This document shows, piece by piece, positions 1-9,960 of a stretch of 64,000 bases of DNA. The translations under genes and the position numbers were made by a program. This stretch comes from Podarcis erhardii (lineage: Eukaryota). A model generated the notes under the pieces. The model made no database searches, was not told where the DNA came from, and saw only the letters and a program-made list of their open reading frames with translations. How positions within the stretch are numbered: position 1 is the stretch's first letter; each line of letters begins with the position of its first letter. The stretch is from NCBI GenBank assembly GCA_964252035.1, contig OZ176206.1. One strand, 5' to 3'.

Positions 1-98
1 ATGTCTCCGACGCCAATGCCCTGCCCCAGCGCCAGAGGCCTAGGGTCCTGCTGAAGGCTCCCACGCTGGCAGAGATGGAGGAGATGTTGACCTCGGAG
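1..98 (+). CDS. SPIRE2: SPIRE2 exon (5'-truncated by window edge)
   Basis: RQRPRVLLKAPTLAEMEEMLTSE, then GT at 99. Confidence 0.9.
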
Positions 99-3000
99 GT
101 GAGAACCAAGTTTTTTGCCTCTCTTGACACCTTCAGGAAGAAGACTTTTTTAGCCTGCAGGAACAGGTGCTGTGCTGCTATGGAGACACTTTGCCACCCT
201 ATTGCTCCTTGGTCCCAGCCACCATGTTGCCCTGTACTGCACATGGTGCCCGGAGGTGTCTGGAAATGGTGGGGATGCACTTTGTGGTGGTGCATGTGGA
301 ATCAGCCTTCAACTGCATTGGCTGATGTTACCAGTTGGTACTAGGGATGGAGGATAAATTAGATTTTGTTGGCATTTTAATGAGAAGTTACCTAATGCAC
401 ACTTCCTGAACCGAAATAATTACCCTTTTAAATTTGTACTGCTACAAATTTTGCAATGCAGTTCTCCAGCCAAACAGTCATGCATATATGAAAGGGAAGT
501 GAGCATTGCAATACATAACATACAAAAATGCATTATGTTAGAGAAAATTACTTGCAAAAGTGTACATATTAGTCAAAATGGCATACGAAAGGAAAGTCAC
601 ACTAAAATGCTGATTTTTCAAGAGGATTAAAAATATATATAATTTTAAAACCACAAACTGCTGCATAAATGAGGAAAAATTAGAAAACTGAAATGGGCAG
701 ATTCACCCATCTCTGCCAGTCTCTGGAATTACAAACGTGAGAGTGCTGTTGTTCTCATGTCCTGCTTGTGAGCTTCTCTTTTGATTGGGGCTGTAAGAGC
801 AGATACTGGAGTAGATGCCATGCAACACACCCCAGCCTGACCCAGTTGCTGAGGAGATTTTCTGATGTTCTTGGGCTCAAAAGCCATTCCCTCAAGTGTG
901 ACCTCTTTCACTGATGAATACACCTATTTCTACTCCCTTTTCTGTGCAGGAGGAAGACTCTCCAAGCTCTGAGGCTGTACAGGAACCAGGTCCACTGATG
1001 CCCCTGAAGCGTGACCGCTCCTTCTCGGAGCAAGACCTGGCCCAGTTTCAGAGTGAAAGCGGTGGTGGCCAGCCTGACTCAGAGTATTTGGGACCCAGCG
1101 GGTCTGAACCGAGACCCCGCTCAGGTACCGAGAGCCCTGCATGGACCAGCATGGAAAATACGGGCAAGTGCACTCCCCACCCCCCACCCCGCTTTCCAAC
1201 TCCACCCAAGCCTTTCTTCCTAACTCTCCACACACTGACACTCTGGTTCTAAGTTGGTTAAATGCATGGCATGTTTGCAACCTAAGGGACCCAGCAGCTC
1301 TGCACTAAAATAGCATGAGTCCTGCACTGACCAGCGTGGAGGAAATGGGCAAGTCTGTTTCTGTCTGTCTCTCAACGTGTATATATACCAAGATGGCACT
1401 GACTCTGGTCTTGCTGGCATTCTGTTGTCATCCTCCAGGTTCGGTTCCAGCCAGCTACCAGCAGGCTCCCTGTGGTGCCAGTCCTTTCCCCCCAAAGCAT
1501 GGCGTCCTCAGCTCTGTGGACGAGAAGTCAGAGGCTGGTTCCAGTACTGCCCCGGATGTCAACTTGAAATATTTGTGGCTGGTAAGTATCTGGTATGAAT
1601 CAAACTCTCATGGAGTGTGGTGTTCCTGTGCACTGGGTGAACTCCCAGCCTCTTGATGTGGGGCTAGGCAGGGAAGGAGCATCCGTTCCCTGTCCCGATC
1701 TTAGTCTGGCATACCCCAAACGTGCAGTAAGCTGAAATGTTGTCACAACCTGGAAGAAAACTTGCATAGAATGAATGGCATGGGTGGAAGGGAGGGAGAA
1801 CTGCTAGGTATCTGTAAGGTTTGGAACATGGGCCCAGAGACTCAGATTTGCCTAAAATACACTTATGCTAATTTATATGTATAGATACAGATTTACAAGT
1901 TAAATATGTCACAAAAGGCAAACCAGACAATATCTCTGCTCCAGATTGCTCCAAATAAGTTCTTCCTTTTCCTCCCACCCCAGACAGTCCTAAATTGGTT
2001 CCTCTTAAATTCATCTGCCTTTAATTAATTTCCTTATGGACACTGCTCCAGATAGTCCCCTTCATTTAGTTTATTCATTAGCCCCAAAACATGGAGAGAT
2101 AAAATCATCTTAAATAAATTAATGTATTCCTCCAATTAATATTACACCACCAAAATGCTGTGGCACTCAGGAAAAAGGTTTGGGGCCTGAGCCCCTTTAC
2201 TCCACAGCCTTATCAACACCCCAGTGGGTGGTCTGAATACACACTATGGGGCCTGGAAGGATCTGTCTGTTTCAGTTTTCTCAGGTTCCCATTTTTTCAA
2301 TCTGCTGGAAGCAATTTAAAGAACAGCGTAATATACTTAGAACCGCCCCTGATTTAAGGGCTCTTCCACTGAAGTAATAGGTGCAGATCCAAGTTTTGCT
2401 CTCCTGTTAAAAAGGAGCTAGCAGGGGAAGAAAGACTTGGTCAGAGTGAACAATACTGGGCTAGTTGGACCAACAGCCTGGTGGTCAAAGGTGGCTCCTA
2501 TGTCCTTCTGTTCTCTCCTCTCTCCAGCAGGAGTTCAGCCACCCTGTGGAGAGCCTGGCACTCACTGTGGAGGAGATGATCAATGTGCGGCGGGTGTTGG
2601 TGAAAGCAGAGATGGAGAAGTTCTTGCAGAGCAAGGAGCTGTACAGCAGCCTGAAGAAAGGGAAGGTGAGAGTTGGAGGATTCGGGATGGGGTGTCTGTG
2701 TGTGTTGCTGAGCAGGGGCCTCTTGCATTGAACAATAGTCAGCTTGGAAGCTCAAGTGTCTCCTTTTCCTCTCACCACTCAGATCTGCTGCTGCTGCAAA
2801 ACCAAGTTTGCTCTGTTTTCCTGGCCCCCGACTTGCCTGTTCTGCAAGAGGTGAGCAAGCTCTGTTTGTGTGGTCTAGGCCCGGGAGTGTTGTTGGTTGA
2901 TGGCTGCTGAAGGGGCTCCTTCCTTTGATCTGATGTTGGTTTTCCCTTTTTGGTTTTAGGTCTGTCTGCAGCTCATGTAGTCTAAAGGTAAGAGACTCTT

Positions 3001-4788
3001 GGCTCTGCCCATGACATGAATATGCCCCTTGGTGCAAGAGCAAAAAGTGAGCCCACTTGTGGCTCAGAAGATGGTTTTCTCCCATCTTCTGAAGATCTAC
3101 ACCGGATAAGGGCCATCCAGGTGTCATTGGACTCCAACTCCCATCAGCCCCAGCCAGTATTGTCCATGGCTAAGAATGATGGGAGCTGTAGATTGAAAAC
3201 AGGTCCCCTATCCCTGACCTACAATAAACATCTCCTTCCCAATACAGAGGGATACAGTGCAGGCCCTTGCTGTGGTGATGATTCCCTGTCATGACAGTGA
3301 TGTCCAGTGCTCCTGTTCTTCACCTTTGTTGAGAACCTTTCTTTTTTACGTCCTTCTAGATCAAGATGCCTTCAAAGAAGCTTGCCCATATCCCGGTCTA
3401 TGCCCTGGGCTTTGAGACCCTTCCAGGCTCGTTGGGTACAAGGGCACCTCCATTCCGGAGGAGGGAGGCTTTCCAGTAAGTAGGACCCCTGTGCACTCTC
3501 TGCATTTGTCTCCCCCACCCTCAGTTCATTCATGGAGGCACTGTGCTCTGTATGATTCCTGGTGGAGTTAAGGGCCTTAAATAGAACAGTGCAATGTTTT
3601 TCCTACCCAAATTCCTCTGTCATCCAGGATTGGAGACAGCAGGCCTTACTTCGTTGCAAATGCTTAGGGAGAGAAATTTGCCACTGCAAATTTTATGTGG
3701 TCTTAGCCAGGTCCAAGAAGGATATGAGGTGGCAAAGTTTCTCCCAGGACACTTGTGTGCTCACAGTTCTATGAATACAACCACAAAAGACTGGATTAGT
3801 TTTCTTTTAAATAAGTATTCTACTATTTATGGGGGTAAGCTTGTTTGCAGAGGTCTTACTTGAGCTACAGGGGGCTGAGAGTTCATACAGCTGAGCAGCA
3901 GAGCTCTACGTAGAGTGGAGCTGGTACCATCACTCTGTCTTCTTGAAATCATGCAGACATTTGAAAGCTGAGGAGGCTGGGGTTGTTTGCAAGATGGGAT
4001 TCAGGTGGCTTTAGAAATGAGTTACTATTACTACTATTAATGGACTGAACTAAATAGTTGCACTAGTGGGAACCAGCACACAGCGTCCCACTAGCGCAAC
4101 TGGGCATTCATTCCATGCTCCTCCCCCACAAATTAGCTATGGGGAGTTGAAAGAACCCCCAGAATAGTGCATGATGGGAGGAGAGCGGAGTTCATTCCAC
4201 CATGAAATTGGAAATGCTTACGCCAATGGAACTATTGCCTTAGCACAAATCCACCTAATAATAATTGTCATCAATATTATCATCATCACTCACCTTTCCT
4301 CCAGGGAGCTCAAATTGGGGTACTACATGTCTCTCCCCCTCCCATTTTATCCTCACAAACAACCCTGTGAGGTAGACTAGGCTGAGAGGTAGGCTAGGCA
4401 ATGCACTTCATGCCTGAGTGGGGATTTGAACCCTTATCCTGCCTGCCAGCCCAGTGTTCTAGCCGCTACGTCACCGTCGTCTTCCTAGTTGAGCCAGGGG
4501 GCTGTCAGTAACCAGGCTTAGTTGTCTTTCTTGGGGCGTTTGTGACGGATCCCCCTCTGCCCCCACCCCACTTGCCTTTCCAGCTCCTTGCAGGGCACGC
4601 GCTGGCGCAGCGTGGAGGAGGAATTCCCGTACATCTATGCGCATGGCTCTGTGCTCAAGGATGTTTGCAGCGACTGTTCCGGGTTCGTCACAGATGTCGT
4701 CAGCTCCAGCCGCAAGAGCATGGACATCCTGAACACCACCCCGTGCAGGAGCCGCAAGACCCAGTCCCTTTACATCCCTTCCAGTTAA
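1..4788 (+). CDS. SPIRE2: Spire homolog 2, 3' part (spliced; Spir-box and FYVE-like C-terminus)
   Basis: Exons 1-98, 950-1163, 1439-1581, 2531(or 2528)-2665, 2783-2850, 2960-2987, 3360-3475, 4584-4788 join in frame. They encode RPRVLLKAPTLAEMEEM, LKRDRSFSEQDL, EFSHPVESLALTVEEMINVRRVLVKAEMEKFLQSKELYSSLKKGK, ICCCCKTKFALFSWPPTCLFCKRSVCSSC and SVLKDVCSDC, matching recalled human SPIRE2. The gene starts upstream of the window. Confidence 0.95.
950..1163 (+). CDS. SPIRE2: SPIRE2 exon
   Basis: AG at 948-949; EEDSP...LKRDRSFSEQDLAQ...MENT-G; GC donor at 1164 (alternative GT donor at 1125). Confidence 0.85.
1439..1581 (+). CDS. SPIRE2: SPIRE2 exon
   Basis: Phase-1 acceptor; SVPASYQQ...NLKYLWL; GTAAGT donor. 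Confidence 0.85.
2531..2665 (+). CDS. SPIRE2: SPIRE2 exon
   Basis: EFSHPVESLALTVEE...LKKGK; CAGCAG acceptor; GTGAG donor. Confidence 0.93.
2783..2850 (+). CDS. SPIRE2: SPIRE2 exon
   Basis: ICCCCKTKFALFSWPPTCLFCKR; canonical splice sites. Confidence 0.93.
2960..2987 (+). CDS. SPIRE2: SPIRE2 28-nt exon
   Basis: (R)SVCSSCSLK; TTTTAG acceptor, GTAAGA donor; restores frame. Confidence 0.9.
3360..3475 (+). CDS. SPIRE2: SPIRE2 exon
   Basis: IKMPSKKLAHIPVYALGFET...; GTAAG donor. Confidence 0.92.
4584..4788 (+). CDS. SPIRE2: SPIRE2 last coding exon
   Basis: SLQGTRWRSVEEEFPYIY...TQSLYIPSS, stop TAA at 4786-4788. Confidence 0.92.
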
Positions 4789-7700
4789 ATGACCCACCTC
4801 TGCTGCTGGTGGTGGTCTCCTCCACCCCCCCCCCGCCCTCTGCACCCAACCTTCATTCTTTGATCCTCTCTATTTCCCAGCCCCCAGCAAGGAGGATGCA
4901 GGTGCTCTCTGGCCAAGGAAGCTTCAGCTGGCTTTGTCTGGACTTGTTGCCTCCTGGCTTCCTTGCTTCTCTGTCCAGCCCATCTCCTCCTTTGCCTCCA
5001 TCCCAGCCTCCCGTGAACATCCCCTGCCTGGCCTGCGTGCGTGTGTACATATATACATAACCTTATAGAGACACTATATTTATACCTGTCGATCAGCTGC
5101 TGTGGTCCATGGGCTACATTTGGTCTGAGAATGCCCCTGCTTGGCAAACGAGGACTCTGCTGAAGTCTTCCAACCCACCCACCTTTTTTGGATTGTAAGA
5201 AAGACGGATTTGGGGCAGGATAATTCCAGAGTGTTTGGAAGCCTGGCCATCTCAGTTGCTGCAAATGCAACCTAGAAATCCCAGATGCAGCCACCCCAGA
5301 GGATGACATTGTTCCCTTGAGGGCTCTGCCCTTTCAGTCATACTAGTAAGAGAAGCTCTTTCTGAGATGTCTTACCTGTGCAACTTCTAGTCTTATGGGA
5401 AGCAGGCCCATTGTGCCATGACCTGTCTGCTGCTTTCCAATATCTTCCTCCAAGCTGTTTCTCTGCCCCGCCCCCCACCCTTCTTGGTGATGTCTTGATT
5501 ATCTGCTCCCTCCCAGCACCAGCAGGAGGTGCTTTTTAAAATGTGTTCAGACTATCATTGTCTGTTTTCTAATCCCTGGTTTTTTGGGGCTCCTTGGATT
5601 TAGGAGGCAAAGGGTAATTTTTGTAATCATTTAGACAAAGGCTGAACATTTCCCACACAGTGGGTTTTGTGTGGCTGCCAGAACTACAGTTGGGGGGTTG
5701 CATGGCTGCTAGGGATGAGCCAGGCACCGACGAGAGTATCATCAGTGTATGGCAGGATCCTGCTGGCAATGTCTCCTCGTGCAGAACAGGACTCTGGCTC
5801 TCCAAAGGCTGATAAGATGAGCAGTCTGTTTCCACATGTCCCATTCCCTCACTCCATTCAGGATTGCCTTGAAAATAGAAAACAAAGGTGCACAAAGGAG
5901 CTCTCCCTGTGAGGACAGAATGAAAGCCAGATCCAGCCCATGCCAGGCCTGGGCTAGGGTGAGTCTCACCGCTGCCTTTAAGAAAATTTGGAGAGAGGAG
6001 ATTGGGATATGCAGGGCTGCCCCTGAGTCTTTCAACCACCTTCCCTGTCAAGCCTGCTGCTGTGGTGGCCCGCACATGTATATTGGCTGTGCCATGGCAT
6101 ACTGAGCTCATCTTCCCTTGATAGCTAATTTCCAAGCCCTGGAAGCACCCCAAAAACAGAGGTTGTAAATGCAAAATCCACAGCCCTAATATGCCAAATT
6201 AGCACATCAGCACTATACATTTAAAGCACTATGATACTACTTTAAATAGTCTTGGCTTCCCCCAAGGAATCCTGGGGCATGTAGTTTGTTAAGTGTACTT
6301 AAGAGTTCTGAAGAAACTCCTATTCCCCTCACAGAGCCACAATTCCCAGCAATAACAATCAATCCTTTGCAGGAAATTCTGGGAACTGTAGCTGGGCGGG
6401 GGGCGGGGGGTATACAGGTCGTCTTATACTGCTCAGCACCCTTGACAAACTACACTTCCCAGGGTCCTTTAGGAGAAGCCATAATTGTTTAAAGCAGTAT
6501 GATACTGTTTCATATGTATAATGCAGATGGGGCCTGAGACTATATTGAGTGTGGCTAGCGGAATGGAGAGTGGATCAATTTATCTTTGACAGATGGATAG
6601 AAAAGGGTCTTGCTTCTCCTACCCTTTTGTCTTTTCCCTGGATCAGTTTTATTCAACCTGGAAGGCAGCACTTCTGCCGTCTCTGGTCTGCTTATTTCTG
6701 CCAGGGATGATGACAGATCTGCCTTTGAATGTTCAAGTGTGAGACCAGGCTGGGATAAGCTAAATTCCTCGCTAGCAATGGCAGCCCAGTCTTCTTCCAC
6801 CAGTGAACCATTCAGTCTTCAGAGTGTATGCAGCAAAGACAGCCAATACCCTGTGGCTCCCTAAGGATGCAATTTATTATGGTATAAGCCAAAGGCAGAC
6901 AACATGGTGTCCTCTGGGAGTGGTGGACCACAACTCCCATCAGCCCTATCCAGCATGGCTCATGGACAGAAATGATGAGAACTGTAGTCTACAACATATG
7001 AAAGGCACCCCAACATACGCTTTCATGGACTAGTGGACCACTGCATCTGACAAAGTGGATTTCTAGTCCCCCAAAGCTGATGCCATAATGAATGAAGTCT
7101 TTAAAGTGCCACAGGACACTATTTTTAATTTTATTTTTTTGGTTATATTTAGCCTTGTAGCTCTGGGTTTTATTCTGTGGCATGGGCCATGGGCTGCAAG
7201 GTGCCAGCCTGGTGTTGCCCATTTGTCCTGTTGAGAAAGTGGGCTTCAGCACTGCCACTTGGGTTTGGCAAGAGCCTCCATGGCTCCATCCCTGCATGTT
7301 ACCTACCCACAGTGGCTCTGCTGCTCAGGATCTCAACCGGCCACTTAAGACAACCTTGGACCACTTCTGTGGCTCAGAACTAGCACCATCTCCTGCCAAG
7401 CCTGCACACAGTCTCAAAAGCTGCACACTCACTCTCTCCCCCCTCTTCCTCTTCCTGCCCCAGGGGACGTAACTGCTTCCTAAAATGCCACTAGTTTTGT
7501 GTATAGCTCCACATTTTGTATCTTGCCAATACCTGCAAATGCCAAATATACAGTTCATGCAGTCGTGAACTGTTTATAGTGGAACAGACCGTGTACCTGC
7601 AGGTGCACAGCTGGATGTGCAAATACCTACTTGTACAACCAGTCGGTTATGGGGTGAGGATTAAGTGCTTGTCAATTTGCACATGATGCAAGTGGAAAAA

Positions 7701-8126
7701 GCAAGGACTGAGTTACACAGGGGATTGAGAGAGGACATTGTGGAAACAAATCAGGTGGAGTGTTATGAGGGTCAAAGAGGAAGCCAGGTGTTTGCAGGTG
7801 AGTGCTCAAGCCTGTTTTTCCTCAGTGCTGAGAAAGGAAGGTAATCCAGCTATAGGAACCGCTAGTGCTTTTCACTGCCACTGCTACTTCTATTGCTGTT
7901 TGTGCCAATCTGCTTGCTTGGAGTCTTGCCTTGGCTGCATCGTGCTGGCTGCTGCCTCTGGAGTTCAACATGCCTTATCACCCTGCTCACCTTCTTTGCA
8001 ATAATTCATTGCACTCTGTGTCAAAAGGGGTGTGTGTGCTCCCTCCTTTTTCTTGTATGTTCTGCCTGCACTTACTCTCCCCCTCAACCAATGTTTTATA
8101 CACAGCCTGTATTGTAAAGAGTTGTA

Positions 8127-8132
8127 AATAAA
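8127..8132 (+). terminator. Candidate SPIRE2 polyadenylation signal
   Basis: AATAAA preceded by TGTA motifs (ttgtaaagagttgtaaataaa), about 1.4 kb upstream of the TCF25 ATG. Confidence 0.45.
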
Positions 8133-8242
8133 ATGTAAAGTGAAACTGATCTGGTGGTGTGGCCTTGCTAATAAACACCTCTGGGCAGTAAGAGGTTTCA
8201 GATTCATCCAGCCCTAGTGGTGACTGATGGTGCTTTCCGTGA

Positions 8243-8249
8243 GATAGAT

Positions 8250-8296
<47 letters not shown>
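8243..8296 (+). repeat. (GATA)n microsatellite
   Basis: About 13 near-perfect GATA units. Confidence 0.95.
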
Positions 8297-8297
<1 letters not shown>

Positions 8298-9060
8298 TAT
8301 GCACATATATAAGGGGTTGAGTGGGAGCATTAAGACTCCAAGAAATCCTGTTCCCCAATACCATAACTTTGGATTCTCAGTGAGCAAGTCAGGCCTCTAC
8401 ACCTCTTCCCAGCTCCAGACCCAAGACTGCCAGATTCTGTTGTTCTCTTTCACACCTTCATGAAGTCAGAGGCTGAGATCTCCTACCGGAGTGACAGCTT
8501 TTTCTCTAGAAACTGAGAAGAGGCTTCCAGGTGTGCATATATATGCAACAACGTCCTGGATGAATAAAAAAGCAATAATCCAAACAGATAATTTCTTAGT
8601 CTTAAATATTTTTATTGCCATTCTCCTTTTTACAGTGTCTCCCAATTACAAGGAGTGTGATAGCAAAAATATGAAATAGCGTTTTGATAAAATAAAAATC
8701 ACTGTTAGGCACTGTTACTTCATTTAGAAGTCTAAGAGATTGCCTATCACCCAATTTACTGCACTCTGTAGCTCATGGGGAAAAACAAGAGCAACAACAA
8801 CTGTATATGCAAGACCACTGTGGTATTTATACATGTTTCTACATTTCCCAAGCTTGAATGGGCAGTTTCTTTGGAAAGCCAACTAAATTAATAAAAGGCC
8901 AAATGAAAGTGTAGAGTCTAGTTTTGTTTGACCTTGCCTGCGTTTTAGTTGATGAGTAATCTTTTCCACAATGGCAGTTCTAACCACATTAAAGCAAGCA
9001 GTCAAAGGCCCAGATACAAAAGAACGATGCTCCTTTCCTCTCCTCAATCTCAATATCCAC

Positions 9061-9280
9061 CCCAACTTGGGTGGCTTTAAAAGAGAATTAGGCACATTCA
9101 TGGAGGGCGCGGCTATCGACGACTACGAGCCAGGACGACTAGGCTCCCTATCCTTAGTCGGAGGCAGCGACGTTTCTGAATCCCAGTTGCTGGAGACCAC
9201 AGGAGGGGAGCACGCTCTGGTGCTCGGGTCCCGCTTGCGGGTCTCCCTCAGGCAACTGGTCGGCCGTTGCGAGAGCTTGG
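9061..9280 (+). mobile_element. CR1/L2-type LINE 3'-tail-related repeat at the edge of the TCF25 CpG island
   Basis: ggctttaaaagagaattaggcacattcatggag (FKRELGTFME, a LINE ORF2-like end); the 3' part aligns with the copy at about 28010-28140. Confidence 0.6.
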
Positions 9281-9960
9281 ATGCGGGACCAGATGGCCGG
9301 ATCCAAGAGGCTCTTCCTTCGCTCTTAATTCCAGCTGGAATCGAGGACCTGCGCACCCGTAGCCCGAGGCGAAGGCTTTGCTCTGCAGCCGCGACTTATG
9401 CCGCACGCTCCTGGGAGCATCAAATATAACGACCGCGCAGGCAAGCGGGGCATGCGCAGAGCCATCCGGCTCGTCGGAGGCGTCCTCTCGGGCAGCGGCG
9501 CGCACGCGTCACGAAGAAGCGCCTCTGCTCTCTTTCGGGTCCTCCAGGTGGCTTCCGGTCCGTCGGCTTCTCTTGCCCGGGGTGCTACGGTTCTATTATG
9601 TCGCGACGGGCCTTGAGGAGGCTGAGGGGGGAGTCGCGGGGGCAGTCGCCTCTGGGAGGCCTCGATGTGGGAGGCGGCGGCGAGGAGGAGGAGGAGGAGG
9701 AAGAGGACGAAGAAGGTGGTGGGGGAGGCGAGGTGCCGTCGTTGTCGGGGGCTGGAGGCAGCAGGAGGCGGCCCCGGCAGGAGCCGGCGGGTCGGGTCAC
9801 CAACCTCTTCGAGCTGGTGAGGGTCGGGTCTGCTGAGCTGCCGCCAGTGTGGCCCTGAAGCGGGAGGAGGCTTGGCATAATGGCTCAGGAAGAAGGAGAA
9901 GAAGAGGCAAAGGCCCGCCGCCCGCTTCAGCTTCCGCTGCTTTCCCGTAGTAGCTTGGCA
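9200..9960. promoter_or_regulatory. CpG island / TCF25 promoter
   Basis: Dense CpG, GC-rich; ETS-like CTTCCGG near 9552; NRF1-like GCATGCGCA near 9450; no obvious TATA box. Confidence 0.85.
9598..9816 (+). CDS. TCF25: TCF25 exon 1
   Basis: [12 protein letters not shown]...TNLFEL; GTGAG donor. Confidence 0.95.

Noticed and set aside
8971-9429. 152-aa ORF upstream of TCF25
   Set aside because: Starts at TTG and runs through a LINE-tail repeat into the CpG island; not a plausible gene.
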